DNA of 64,000 nt. Source: Octopus vulgaris (lineage: Eukaryota). A model generated the notes under the pieces. It was not told where the DNA came from. It saw nothing but the letters and a program-made list of their open reading frames with translations, and did no database searches. Of this stretch, positions 1 through 13,492 are shown in pieces (the first letter of the stretch is position 1; every line of letters begins with the position of its first letter). Both the position numbers and the translations under genes were made by a program. The DNA is taken from NCBI GenBank assembly GCA_951406725.2, contig OX597818.1:108190001-108254000 (forward strand), in the 5' to 3' direction.

Positions 1-530
1 TCTGTGAAAATCACGACCTACAAAGAGCAAACATGTGGTATCAACAAACCCCAGAAGGAGTCTCCCCAAAAATGAGAATTGCAAAATCCTGTGGGATGCA
101 ATGATTAGCTGAGCAGACATCGGAAACCAGACATTGTTGTGGTGAATAAAAAAGGAAGAACATGTATAATAGTTGACATGATAAGCCCCAGTGACCACAG
201 GATCGATGTGAAAGAAGAAAAAATAAACACCTATGACAATTTAAAGTGAGAAATACGAAGGTTGTTGTCAATGAAGGGAGAAGACGTGATACCAATAGTA
301 ATTGGTGCACTTGGAAGTATCAACCCTCAACTACCAACATGGCTGAAAAGGATTGGTGCAAGCGTGAAGGTAGGACACCTACAAAAATCAGCATTGCTTG
401 GGACTATAAGAATTCTTTGCTGAGTTCTTGAAGCATGACCAGTAAAGAAGTTTCACCTTAGTCTGTTGGCTGTGGACAGCCAACACTTTCCATCATACCC
501 AGCAAAATAAGCTGTGAGTTTTCCTCACAT
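1..530 (+). mobile_element. 3' fragment of R4/Dong-like non-LTR retrotransposon (RLE endonuclease region + 3' UTR), decayed
   Basis: Frameshifted translation reads WDAMI..RKPDIVVVNKKGRTCIIVD..PIVIGALG, a PD-(D/E)XK restriction-like endonuclease C-terminus. It is followed directly by (TAA)n at 530-632. Confidence 0.75.
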
Positions 531-563
531 AATAATAATAATAACAATAATAACAACAACAAC

Positions 564-610
<47 letters not shown>

Positions 611-632
611 TAATTATAATAATAATGATAAT

Positions 633-950
633 GCAAAAAGGAAGCAAGAAAAGTCGATAAGTATGACAGATTAGCTTGGAAAGTTAAGCAGTTGAGGTCG
701 ATGAAAAGGATGGTAGTAGTACCAATAATTGTCGGAGCCCTGGGAACAGTGAGTAAAAATCTTGAGAAGTACGTGGAACAAATAGGGGCTGCAATAAGGA
801 TGGAGCACTTTAGAAAACAGCACTGCTTCAAACCACGAACCACTCGAATACTCTGGAAGGGGCTCAAAAATTAAGAGGTGTTACCTTAGTTCACTGGTAG
901 TGAACAGCTGATACCGTAGTACATTTCCAGCATTAGAAGCCGAGCAAAGG
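633..950 (+). mobile_element. 5'-truncated R4/Dong-like RLE retrotransposon end inside a (TAA)n array
   Basis: Encodes KVDKYDRLAWKVKQL..VVVPIIVGALG and is flanked by (TAA)n on both sides. It is highly similar to 38205-38525. Confidence 0.8.
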
Positions 951-951
951 C

Positions 952-1049
<98 letters not shown>

Positions 1050-1073
1050 TGATGATGATGATGAAGATGATAA
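951..1073. repeat. (TAA)n/(TGA)n microsatellite
   Basis: Directly visible. Confidence 0.95.
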
Positions 1074-1514
1074 AGCTAGAGTGATGATCAAATAAACAGT
1101 GCCTTTGTTTATTGGCAAAAGATGATCATCTCCAAATATGACAAAATCTGGTTCAACACCCAATTTCACATCAATAATCTTGCAAAAGAAACAGAGAGAC
1201 AGAGCTTCCATTTCGTTCGTTTTAGTTGAGTTTTTATCTTCGTATGGAATGGTGGCAATTGAAACACTTGTAGTCCTGTGTTGATTGTGCTATACTGCTC
1301 TGGATTGATCAGTTCACAGCAGTATCTATAATCCTGAAATATTAAGACCCAACATTGAAAGAACTTAGAAGAAAATCCCAAAATAATGCATTTAACTATA
1401 AAATATTGGAAAGATTTCGATAACCATTCAGTGATGTAGACATGACACATCCAGGGTTTGTATTTTGGACACATCAGAATGGAATGGTTATTAATCTGTA
1501 GCACATCTGTTTCC

Positions 1515-1760
1515 TTAATCTATGTATCTATCTTTCTATCCATTCATCTATCCATCTATCTCCCTCTATCAATGTATTTCTCTATCTCTCTCTCTTGTTC
1601 TCTCTCTTTGTCTATCTATCCATCATCTATTTATCTACCTACTATCTACATATCTATCTTTCTATCTATCCATATTTATATCTATCAACATACCTATCTA
1701 TATTTTTATCTATCTGTCTGTCTGTCTATTTATCTATCTATCAATCTATCTATCTATTTA
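1515..1760. repeat. Degenerate (TCTA)n tetranucleotide repeat
   Basis: Directly visible. Confidence 0.9.
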
Positions 1761-2023
1761 TCCTTCCCTCCATTTTGCAACCCATCATTCATTGCAACCA
1801 TTGCCTCTCCTCTCCCTGCTTCCTCATCTCTTTCATCTCATCCTTTCTGAACCTGGCAGTTAAAGTTGTCAGAGATGTTGCTTTTTTCTTTCCTCAACTC
1901 ACAGTTTACAGAATGTTTCCTCTAATGTGTCACTCCTCTCTTCAACTTATCTTATTCCTATTGTTTAAATCAAATATATATATATATATATATGCATACA
2001 CACACATCACACCACACCACATG

Positions 2024-2063
<40 letters not shown>

Positions 2064-2064
2064 C

Positions 2065-2095
<31 letters not shown>

Positions 2096-2574
2096 TGTAT
2101 GTATGTATGTATGTATGTATGTATGTATGTATGTATGTTTTGATTTGTATCTGTCTTATTCTCTGCACAACTTGTCTTAGATTTCTTGTCCAGTTGAAAG
2201 ACAATATATTATTCTGTCTTTTGGGGGTTTTTTTGTATTTTTTCCATTGTATTAATTTCTTTTTCTACTTTTGTCTTCTGAGTCTATTATTCCCTGACAA
2301 CTTCCATGTTGCTGATACCACCAAATTGAACAATATTGTCAGAAGGTCTTGAAATTGTGATGATATTTGATTGACAGCAGATGAAGGATTTCAGCATTTT
2401 TGCATTAGATTTTTCTCATAAATTTCTGTCATCCTTGTGTGTTACCTTTGCTATTATTATGTGTGTGTGTGTGTGTGTGTTTGTGTGTGTGCATGTATGT
2501 GTGCATGTTCGCATATGCACGTGTGTGTGCATGTGTTTATGTAGTTATGTTTGTCCATTAAATCTATCTTCCCT

Positions 2575-2700
2575 TTGCTGTGATGTCGTTCATGTTTGAA
2601 ATGTTGATGCTGTACCTCTTCTATGACCCATCTGCCAGACATGGACAGAGGATTGTGTAGCTGGCCATAGATAATCCTATAAGGTAGATGTGAGCCAGAA
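2575..2700 (-). mobile_element. Small decayed RTE-type LINE C-terminal fragment
   Basis: Minus-strand translation HLPYRIIYGQL resembles the LPK(x)ILYG(Q/E)L motif of RTE ORFs. Confidence 0.4.
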
Positions 2701-3159
2701 ATGCATGCACACATATGCACACATGCATTCATCCATATATATATATATATATGCACGCACACACACATATATAAGCACTCACATGAATGAAAGTTCATGG
2801 CTTTAATGATTGGTGTTATGAACTCACAATGATAAGGTCATGAGTTTACCTCAATGCACCAGGAGGTGCATTATGTTCTTGAGCAAGGTGCATCATACCT
2901 ATCTAAAGGAAGACTTGTTTCTAAGCCAATCTTTGTTAGTCTCCTTCTCAGAGGATGTCTTTAACTTCCTGGCTAAACTAGAAAGTTCTTTTACCACAAT
3001 TTTTTGGAAGCAGCATCATTGCACTTAACATCAGTAAAGTATTTGACTGTGCTTACCAAATGAATCTTCTGGCAAAACTCCCCACTATGGCTTCTATCTG
3101 TCTTTTATAGTCTTTCACAGTGGTAGCTGCTTCCTGTTACATCACAATTTCAGAATGTA

Positions 3160-3705
3160 TTGGGTTGTCCAGAAAGTTTGTGCTGATTTATAGTAGCTTA
3201 CATTTCGACTTATTTTAGAACATGGTTGAGTCCATAAAATAGGATTTGACTACACCTCCATTTAGAGCACAGATTAAGCTATCTGTTCGTGGAAGAAGGT
3301 TTATAACCTGTGTTAATTCTGTAACCCTTTAAAATGGAAGATAAATTTCATTTTCAGCACTTGATGCTTTTTTTTTTCTGTAAAGGGAAAAATGTCTCAC
3401 AACCAACCAAAGAAATATGCGCAGTTTACAGTGATGTTTCTTCATTCGAAAGAACTGTACAGAAGTGGTTTGTAAGGTTCCAAGCTGGAGACTGTAGCCT
3501 TATTGATAAAAAGTGATCAGGCAGACCATCCACTACAGATGATGACCAAATCAAGTCATTAATTGAGAATAACCCACATTGTACAAGCCAAGAATTGGCA
3601 GAAAGCCTCAACCTATCAAAATCCGTCATTCATGAGCATCTGGTAAAGCTTGGGTAATGGCAAGTATTTATTAACCTTTTTCTTTCCTTTAAAAATTGGC
3701 ATGAA
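3160..3705 (+). mobile_element. Internally deleted mariner retaining the N-terminal HTH of the transposase
   Basis: TA plus TIR ttgggttgtccagaaagtttgtgc at 3160. ORF MEDKFHFQHLMLFFFCKGKN..RTVQKWFVRFQAGD..*SGRPST..ELAESLNLSKSVIHEHL is a mariner double HTH. The end matches the opposite terminus of 21205-21770, but the right TIR is truncated. Confidence 0.85.
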
Positions 3706-4747
3706 TCATGCTTGATTCCCCTATTCCATCCTCCTAACTGTGTCTCACCATCTACACCCAACAAAAACATCTTCATCCAGTCTTTTTTCTCTCTTTCTTT
3801 CTCCCTTTCTTTCTGGAATTATCATCGCAGGATATTTCTGCTGCTTAAACTAATCCAGCAGACATTGACCAACAGCTGTTCAAACTGCTCCAGAACTGCA
3901 TCAAACTCACAAACCATGGAGAAGAGCTTGCAAAACCCCTCATTAGCACCCAGCCTCTTCCTCTTCTTTCTAACTTATAAAACAACCCTGTTTGGTTCCT
4001 TCATGACCAGTTGAATTCCTCAAGAGATGATGTAGCAGTGATGATGGGGTCATGTCAAAATGCCATGTTACTTTGCGGCATACTTCAAGTGAGTGAAGAT
4101 CTTTGAATAATGTATGAGTGCAGTGTGTAGGCATGCATGTTTCTCTCTGTGCATGTGTATGTGTGTATGTGGGGGGGGGGGGGGAATGTTTATAGAGACT
4201 TACAAAAATGTTAAGAAATATTCATAAACTGCTTCATTAATTAATCATACTAATTAAGTGATGTAACTTGGAAATTTACTGCTTTATGGTAACAGCTTTT
4301 GTGGTGGCGGCTCTTGTGAAAGTAAATAATAAATAATTGATCCTGATGCTTCAGGCCTGAAAGCTTTGAAGTTGATGGCATCATACATATTATTGATCCA
4401 TTGATCCAGAATAGGAATAAATGAGAGAGAGAGAGGGGGGGGAGGAGGAATGAAAGAAAGGATTGAATAGAGAAAAGAACAACAATTTAAAATATTTAGA
4501 AAATCACCCGGCTAAAATTATTCCACCATTTTTTATTCAAAAGATGTGAATAACTAGGAGAGTAAATACTGAACTAGATCTGTTAATTTATGATATTCTA
4601 ATATTATAAACATTGTTAATGGTCGTGAGTTGGCAGGAATGGTTGGGCTCCATATTGTTTCAAATGCATTAACAAGAAAGTTTAGGCATCGACACTCAAC
4701 CTGCTAGAAATACCATTCTCAGTTTACACCCTACTCTCATAGAAATG

Positions 4748-5048
4748 TGAAGTCGCATGGCCTAGTGGTTAGGGTGTTGCAGTTGCACTCACTATCTAAT
4801 GATCATGAGTTCGATTCCTGAGCCAAGAAGTGTAATATATTCTTGAGCAAAACACTTCGTTTCACATTGCTCCAGTCCGCTCAGCTGTAAACAGGTGAAC
4901 CCTGCCACAGAATAGCCTTCCACTGTGGGGATGGCCACCCCAACTAGCCAGTGGGAAAGCATCGTTCAAAAGCTAAAATGATGCAAAGTGCATTGTGACC
5001 AGTGATGTATAACAACATCCGATAAAAATCTGGTCGATCATATGATCG
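4748..5048 (+). mobile_element. tRNA-derived SINE (family C-like tail), decayed
   Basis: A box tggcctagtgg and B box gagttcgattcc. The 3' part matches the reverse complement of 59579-59685. Confidence 0.7.
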
Positions 5049-5078
5049 TAAAAAGGGAACACAGTAAATCCTTGCCAA

Positions 5079-5295
5079 TTAATCCAGCCACATCTGCCCT
5101 AAACATTCTAGCTATTTCATGTTCAGACTGACCAGGTCTGGCCTCTCAAACCTACCCAACAATTTCATTCTAAAAATAAACAATCACATCATCAAAATCT
5201 CAAAGCTAGAGTTAATTAACATACAATTAATTCTTAAAACAATGTAAGTAAATATTCATTACATTTGTCAGAATAATTCAAGTGCTAAAGAATTA
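5079..5295. mobile_element. Possible decayed TTAA-flanked (piggyBac-like) MITE
   Basis: Begins ttaa and ends tgctaaagaattaa. No intact TIR pair was confirmed. Confidence 0.3.
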
Positions 5296-6890
5296 AATAT
5301 TGTCATCCAACCAGAAAGCCTTGGATTAATCACTCAGCCTGCCAAAAACAGTAGCCAGATCCCCCTCAAAACTCTTCTGCCTTCCATTTTAGAAAAAGCA
5401 CAACTCATTGGTAATGTAGTTCTAGATACAATATTCTTGAAAAGACGAAGGAAAACTGGTTTGCATTTGAAATACTTTTGCTTTGGGGCTGAATTGGAGC
5501 TAAGCGTTGGTAGTAACAACAACAACAACATCACACACTGTTAGTTTCCATTGCAAGTTGTAACCTGACCAGAGGACGTCTGCCTCTCTGGAGTTGCCAA
5601 ACTAATTATGAATAATAAATGGAGTTTCAATTTAATTGATAGCACTCACCCATCCCCCACTTTATACAGACAAAAATAAAAAATCAATAGTGTAACTATA
5701 ATGTTATTTTTAAAAGGAACAGATATACTAGTTACATATTTGCAAACCTTGATTATGTAATTAAATGCTGGTTTATAATAGTTAACCTAAACCAGAGCAT
5801 TTTTTTCTGTTATTATGAGAGCAAGAATTAGGACTTTGAGAGCTTGTTTGTTAATAGAGAGGAGCTTATTTGATTTCTTACGTAACATAGCTGAATGTCT
5901 CTATTTTCAGGTTGTTTTGTTGCTCTATAGAATATCTGGAATGATATGGTGTGTTGTACAGTAGTAATGAGATTTTTTTTGTATAATGGTATTCTTTAAA
6001 TGGTAATATAGATGTGTACATTATTGCGGAGATGGAGTGAATGGTGTGTGGTGGTATTGGTGAGTTCTACTTGTGTCTTATATAATGTTTATAATATTCA
6101 TTCACTTCGTGTTGGAGTCTACTAAAGCTGGTGAGTTGGAATATGGTTTTGGAGAATTTTATAGTGATAACAGTTTGTGTGGGTTTGCTCTATAATGGCA
6201 GAAAATATGGAATAGAGAGAGAGAGAGAGAGAGATTGTATGGTAGTTTGGTATGTCGTTGTATGGTAAACGTGTGAGATAATTGTTGTTGTTTTTGCTTC
6301 AGCTGTGACTATCCTTTTAAAGAGACCTGGGATTATATTGTTTAAAGTGTTTTTCTCACTTTTTAAGATGGTGATGATGATTTAAAGGAGATTTGGTCTC
6401 TATTTCTAGCAAGTTGAAAGCCACATAACTACTCCTTTGTTTTTCTCACGTGTAGGAAACAGTATTGGTGTTTGCCTGAAGTAAGAAACAAAATGTAAGT
6501 TGTAGAAATGAGGTAGTACCAAAAAGTTCCTTGGCTAGTTCTGTAGCACGCCAACAGATGGCAGCACATGGTTGCATTCACAGTGAGAGTCAGCAGGGAC
6601 CTTCATGAGGAAGTGTGCTGAGTGACATCACAGTGTTTACTTCACAAGTTGTGAAATTTGTGTTTTTGTGATCACATGTAAGCCGTAGTCTGCAAATTTA
6701 TTATGGACGGGAACAAAGCGTCAACGTGAAATTTTGTGTTCAACTTGTGGAGTCTGCTATAGAAACATTGAGCATGCTTTGACAAGCTGACATCAATGAG
6801 GCAGTGGGTTGTATGCAATGTTTTGAGTGGCACAAGTGCACGATAGAGCCACCGCTCAATCAAGTCTAAGTTCACTGTTTTTCACAACAT

Positions 6891-7208
6891 TAGAAAATTA
6901 CTATTTTTAAACCTTATAACAAGAGATATTCAGCAACAGTACTTTGGAGTAAAGATTGTTTGCCAACATAACATGGCAGTCCTGGTTTAGGACGAATGTT
7001 GCTGTAATTTAGCCCCAGGAGACATCGTCTCCAGCTGGCTATATGACATGATCTGTGTCCTTATATTTAGATTCCCTTGTTCGAAAATATAAGAACACAG
7101 ATCATGTTGTATAGCCAACTGGAGACAATGTCTCCTGGGGCTAAATTACAGCAACATTTGTCCTAAACCAGGACTGTGATGTTATGTTGGCAAACAATCT
7201 TTACTCCA
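6891..7208. mobile_element. Head-to-head palindromic non-coding element inserted in the mariner
   Basis: Inverted arms 6945-7068 and 7085-7208 (124 bp), a 16-nt spacer, and a 54-nt extension on the left arm only. It interrupts the mariner frame. Same family as 41071-41495. Confidence 0.85.
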
Positions 7209-7329
7209 TCCATGGTATTGTGCATCAAGAAGTTGATCCCAGGGCCAGGCCATCAATGGAGAGTTCTACTGTGACGTTTTGAAGTATTTGAGGGAAGACA
7301 TTCAGTGAAAGTGATCAGGAGTGGCCATA

Positions 7330-7487
7330 GGTGCAGGAGTGGCTGTGTGGTAAGTAGCTTGCTTACCAACCACATAGTTCTGGGTTCAGTCCTACTGTGT
7401 GGCATCTTGGGCAAGTGTCTTCTACTATAACCTTGGGCCAACCAAAGCCTTGAGAGTGGATTTAGTAGACAGAAACTGAAAGAAGCT

Positions 7488-7541
<54 letters not shown>

Positions 7542-7744
7542 ATATATGTTTGTGTATCTGTGTTTGTCTCCCCACCATCGCTTGACAATCGATGTTGGTG
7601 TGTTTACGTCCCTGTAACTTAGCAGTTTGGCAAAAGATAAGTACTAGGCTAGATTTACAAAGAAGAAGTCCTGAGGTTGATTTGTTCGACTAAAGGTGGT
7701 GCTCCAGCATGGCCACAGTCATGACTAAAACAAATAAAAGAATA
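7330..7744 (+). mobile_element. tRNA-derived SINE family A (about 400 bp, internal TA/TG microsatellite)
   Basis: A box tggctgtgtgg and B box ggttcagtcc. Full-length match to copies at 15659, 45273, 50482 and 59117. Confidence 0.9.
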
Positions 7745-8399
7745 GATCTGTGGAGCATGAAGAATTGGATTCTTCACAAAGACAATGCTGCCTGTCACCA
7801 GACTCTCTTCACCCATGAGTTTCTTGCCAAAAACATGGTACCATTTCCACACTCAGCCTATTCACCAGATTTAGCACCTGCAGGCTTCCATCTCTTCCCC
7901 AACGAGAAAATGCAGCTCAAAGGTCTCCGCTTTAACACCATTGTTGAAATCAAGAGTGAATCACAGAAAGTCTTCAACTTGCTCACAGAAAACGACTTCT
8001 AGGCTGGATTCCAAAAATGGCAGGAATGTTGGAACCGGTGTATTACTGTGTAAGGAGACTATTTTGAAGACAATGGTAAAACATTTTAGTTTTTATTAGA
8101 ACTTCTTTTGATACCACCTCATTGATGAAATATAAAAATATTTAACAACCACTTGTTCTAAAAGGTTTTATTGTAGCCCCTCTACTTTGTTCCTTCCTGT
8201 CCTTTCATAGCTGCTCCACTCTGTCATGTTCCATTCTGTCATGTCACATTAAAATTCCTCACAATTCCACATAAATTGTTCCATCATCTTTTGATGCAGA
8301 CCTTTTTACTGTCTGATGATGCTTCAGTCAACCTCAAAGTTGATGTTTTATTCTAACTCTAAATCAACCCTAATTGAGCAAAAACATAACCATGCATTC

Positions 8400-8590
8400 G
8401 TGGTGAGGTGGCAGAAATGTTAGCATGCTGGGAGAAATGCTTTGCGGTATTTCGTCTGTTGTTACGTTCTGAGTTCAAATTCTGCTGAGGTTAACTTTAC
8501 CTTTCATCCTTTCAGGTTCAATAAATTAAGTATCAGTTGCGTACTGGGGTCGATCTAATCAACAGGCCTTGTGCCTAGAGTAGAAAAGAA
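8400..8590 (+). mobile_element. tRNA-derived SINE family B
   Basis: tggcagaaatgttagc..gagttcaaatt..ctttcatcctttc..taagta..ctggggtcgat, shared with many copies in the window. Confidence 0.8.
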
Positions 8591-9261
8591 TATATAACCA
8601 TGTGCATTCCAGCCATGACCATCCTGTCTTTTTCCCCGGCACAGTATGTCCAGTACCACATTATCCAATGCACTCTCCTTTATTTTTAAAAATCATTTGT
8701 ATGCAATTTGGCTGCTATTTTTGTCAGCTTAAATAACTACAAAGAAAGTCCTATATTTAACATCACAAAGTGGAATGGTACATTGACAAGCTTGTGAGTA
8801 CTTTATTACTTTATATTGCTGAGTTTCATTGTTGGTAATCCTATACAAAATATTAACTACACAGATCTAACTTATCACCATTCCAGAACAGAAAAGAGTA
8901 TGGTTCCTGGGGTCTTAGTTGTGTTGTCTTTAGAAACGAACCATTTAGCAATATTGCTAGCTAGACGTTGTTAGATATTCAACAGTGTTTTCTCATATTA
9001 CAGGTTTCATGTAACCTATTGCAAAACTACTGTAAGGCTTGATACAGTTGAAGAAGGATAACATTACGTAACAGAGATATGTATTTATAAATTTTAGTCA
9101 TAGTATCCCAAAACAATATGAACCATATCTCTATCAACTCTCTCTCTCCACAACACCACTCTGCTCCATGTTGTATCTCTCCACAATATAGTTTTTCATT
9201 GCATTTTCTTCTAGTTACTCAATTAACACTATCATCCATCATTCCAGTCTTTCACACAACG

Positions 9262-9857
9262 CTCCACCTCAGCTTCTTCACTCCACCTCCCCTTATTCAC
9301 TCCACCTCGGCATTTTCACTCCACCTCGGCTTCTTCACTTCACCTCAGCATCTTCACTCCACCTCAGCTTTTTCACTCCACCTCAGCTTCTTCATTTCAC
9401 CTTGGCTTCTTCACTCCACCTAGGCTTCTCCACTCCACCTCAGCTTTCTCACTCCACCTCAGCATCTTTACTCCACCTCAGCATCTTCACTCCACCTCGG
9501 CTTCTTCACTCCACCTCGGCTTCTTCACTCCACCTCAGCATCTTCACTCCACCTCTGTATCTTCACTCCACCTCAGCATCTTCACTCCACCTCAGCTGCT
9601 TCCCTCCACCTCAGCATCTTCACTCCACCTCAGCATCTTCACTCCACCTCGGCTTCTTCACTCCACCTCGGCATCTTCACTCCACCTCAGCTTCTTCACT
9701 CCACCTCAGCTTCTTCACTCCACCTCTGCTTCTTCACTCCACCTCGGCATCTTCACTCCACCTCAGTTTCTTCATTTCACCTTGGCTTCTTCACTCCACC
9801 TAGGCTTCTCCACTCCACCTCGGCTTCCTCACTCCACCTCAGTTTCTTCACTCCACT
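9262..9857. repeat. 19-bp minisatellite (ctccacctcagcttcttca), about 31 units
   Basis: Period 19 read directly from the sequence. Confidence 0.95.
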
Positions 9858-10030
9858 CTCAAACTCTTCTCGACTCAATCACACTCAACTACCTCATAAC
9901 ATTCTTCACCATTATATAACTCCAGTTTATCACACTCCCATCTTCTGTTCAGATTTGAACTCCATACTCACACATCCTACTCCAGCACACATCCATTCAC
10001 TCCATACATGTTAATCAACTCGATTACAAT

Positions 10031-10068
<38 letters not shown>

Positions 10069-10559
10069 CCAAACGCACATACACCCGCACATTCTTCACC
10101 ACTCTAATAACAACAGCTCCATCATTACATCATGTATATATATATAGCAGTAGAAGTATTGTTTCTTTTTTTTTTCTTCTTTCTAGGGCAACATCTAAAA
10201 AATATTGATTGCAAATATTCCGCATGAACATTTGGATCATGGATGCTGTTTATAATCAACTTTGCCAATTCTCCAGCTGAATGTAACACTTTTTAATGAC
10301 CGCCACCAACCATTTGTAGCCTGCTACTATTACACATTTCATTTAGTTGCTCTTGGCCTTCCACTTTTATGATGATCCTTTTTTCCATGTTATTAGAAAA
10401 GACCCATTAAGTATTTCTCAATTTCTTCTGATCCCAAATCATAAAGTCTCTCATCTGCACTTTCAATTTAAGAATGGATTCATAAAATTCACAAAATCTA
10501 TTGACATATTCTGGTTACCAGTTTTGGTAGCGTACAGCTACGCATCAGGACAAATACAT

Positions 10560-10777
<218 letters not shown>

Positions 10778-11582
10778 GCATGAAGATAGGTAGGATATGC
10801 AGAGATGAGTGTGTATGTGTACGTATATATTTAAATATACTAAAAAACATAATGTGTGTGAGTGTGTGTGTGAGTGTGTGTGTGTGTGTGTGTGCATAGT
10901 AAATTGTGTGAGTACCTGTGTGTGTTTTTGTATAATTTCATGTTGTGTTGTGTGAGCCTCTGGTTCCTTTGACAGAAACTTGATAGAGGCCATTTCGGTC
11001 TTTGATGTTGCCTGTTTATTCTCTTCGTTTGTTTGTTCCATTAGCTTGTTTAAGTATTTGCTTCCACACTGAATGTTTAAATGATGTTGTTAAGCTCAGA
11101 CCATTTTGTAGAAAAACTGAAATAAATTTCCTCGTTCCATTTTCTCCCCTTTACTGTTAAAATGCTTCTCTGTGGTTTTTCTAAAATATTTCTACCTCCA
11201 GCTTTATGCCTGTGATCCTGGAGCACCAGAATCACAGCATCTACCATTAATAAATATATTAATGACCTGTCAAATTCACCAAAGACTTTACAGAGATTTA
11301 CTTTTAAGGTAAAACTGAAAAGATCAAATCCCACTAAGTCTATTTGACAGCAATAAACTCTTGGCAGTAGGGAAGAACAGATCCAGCTTTGCTGCCTCAT
11401 CATAATCACTGTTCTAACATGAATTTCTTCTTCGTGCTATCACTGCAACAAATGGATTGGTCTGCAGAAGAATATCTTACCATTTCTCTCAAATCTAATA
11501 TCACTACCTTTTTTTCTAATATCACTACTTCAACTTTCAACAGCTTCCAACACAGGGCAGAGCACATTTTCTCTAATTTATG

Positions 11583-12007
11583 TGATTGTTACCAGCGTTG
11601 CCTTACTGGCACCTGTGCCCATGCTAGTAGGGTACTAAGAGCACCATCAAAGAGTGATCATTGTCAGAGCGGCTCACTGGCTTCCGTGTCGGTGGCACGT
11701 AAAAGGGCACCATTCGAGTGTGATCGTTACCAGCGTCGCCTTACTGGCACCTGTGCCTGGGACATGTGTAAAAAGATTTGAGCGAGGTTGTTGCCAGTAC
11801 CGACTGACTGGCTCCCATGCCAGTGGCACATAAAAAGCACCCACTACACTCTCGGAGGGGTTGGCGTTAGGAAGGGCATCCAGCTGTAGAAACTCTGCCA
11901 GATCAAGATTGGAGCTTGGTGCAGCCATCTGGTTCGTCAGCCCTCATTCAAAATCGTCCAACCCATGCTAGCATGGAAAGCAGACGTTAAACGATGATAA
12001 TGATGAT
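11583..12007 (+). mobile_element. 3' tail of the RTE LINE family (5'-truncated copy)
   Basis: Matches 30310-30662: ggtggcacgtaaaa..gcacc units, ggttggcgttaggaagggcatccagctgtagaaac and a (GAT)n end. Confidence 0.85.
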
Positions 12008-12009
12008 TT

Positions 12010-12780
12010 AATCTATAAATACCCTATAAGCAATACTCATAAACAAAAGCCTTCTATAGTAAATGTTAATGCAAAAACAGTTACAGGTGAAGATTATAGC
12101 AAGGATCATGGCCAAAATGCTGAAGATTTACTGGCTTATAAACTGACCACTACCATTGTGAGATGGTTCTGACAAACATAGCAAAGTTTATATGTTCTTT
12201 TCAACAACAGTATACACCATTGTTGATGGATATTTTAAACATTTACATTGTTGTTTAATTCTAATGTTGTCATTGACAAAATGGAATTCCTTCAAGGCTG
12301 CAAGAAATGTCAGGTCTAACTGTCACAAAAGATAACTCTGGAAGAAACATATTCTCAGCATAATCAAAATCACATCTTCAAAAAAACTAGTTTTTTTTCT
12401 TCAGGACCAGAAATTACTTCAAACCTCAACAAGTACAAGACTCAAATGAGACTCATAATGGAATGTTGCTTCCACATTTGGGATGTTGCTGTGGTTACAC
12501 AAAAAGACCATGTCTAAAGGAAGGTTATTCATATGTTTGGCATGAAATCATTCACCAATGAACTCCAGCCTCACTCCCATGGATATGCTGTCTCTCCATG
12601 GGGCAGGTGAAACATTCAACAATCTGTGGTGATAAACCTAGCAGAAATTGAGGCTTATAAATGACCCTGAAACGATTTTATTTCACCAATGTCTCAAACC
12701 TTTTTCCACCTTACCAAATATTCCATTCCAAGAACTGAATTCCAAGGAATTAGTGGAGTTGAAATGTTTATTTAACTCGC
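12010..12780 (+). mobile_element. Highly decayed CR1/Jockey-group LINE 3' region
   Basis: Remnant KYKTQMRLIMECCFHIW resembles the LYK(x)QIRP(x)MEYC(x)HIW motif. There is no intact ORF. Confidence 0.45.
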
Positions 12781-12938
12781 AGACACCCAAACGTTCACAT
12801 ACATGAACACACGCATGCTTACCATTTACAATCACATCCTCACTTGCTCTTTAAGTAAACCTACAAAGAGAACTAGAAAAATGTAAATAGGTAAGTATAT
12901 ATACATCTCTCTCTCTTTCACAAACAAACACTTTCTCT

Positions 12939-13011
<73 letters not shown>

Positions 13012-13492
13012 TTGAATTAGAAGTCACTCTCATTATGTAAACATTACTGATGTCCCTAATTAATGAGTGCATTTCGTTTAGGCATTTATTGATTGCAGAA
13101 TTCGTTCAGAGAAATAGCTCAAGACGTTGAGAGTTAGAAATGACTGAAACCCCAAAATCAGATGAAACAAATCACCCCAAAGGTTTTCAGATAGTAAAGA
13201 GCTGAAATAATAATGAAATATTGATAGCTCCCATTCTCATTTACCCACAGACTTTTCCCTCAGATGGGTCCCAGAGCCACTGATGACATAAACAAAGCAC
13301 ATACAGTGTGTCTCATAAGTCTGGGGGTCACTGAAATGCCAGTCTCACTTCTAACAACACCATTTGACCTACCTTGACCTATTGCAGCCATCACAGATCT
13401 CTTGTGTTCCTTGGCTTCTGTTACAAGTCTGTGAAACTTTAAGGGATGTGGAACTGGACCAAACTGCTTTAAATAATAAGGAAAATAACAAC

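Larger units (their letters stand above)
6508..8122 (+). mobile_element. Decayed mariner with two nested insertions
   Basis: Imperfect TIRs atgaggtagtaccaaaaagttc / gaacttcttttgataccacctcat. Transposase remnants EQSVNVKFCVQL, FTVFHNIHGIVHQE, WILHKDNAACH and HSAYSPDLAPAGFHLFP. Confidence 0.85.

Noticed and set aside
1075-1504. Minus-strand 112-aa ORF as a host exon
   Set aside because: There are no convincing splice sites. It has only vague similarity to decayed L1/Tx1-type sequence, too weak to call.
6960-7068. ggac-gaa / ggctaa as an HDV-like or hammerhead ribozyme in the 6.9-kb arms
   Set aside because: The required core and P1/P2/P3 partners are missing.
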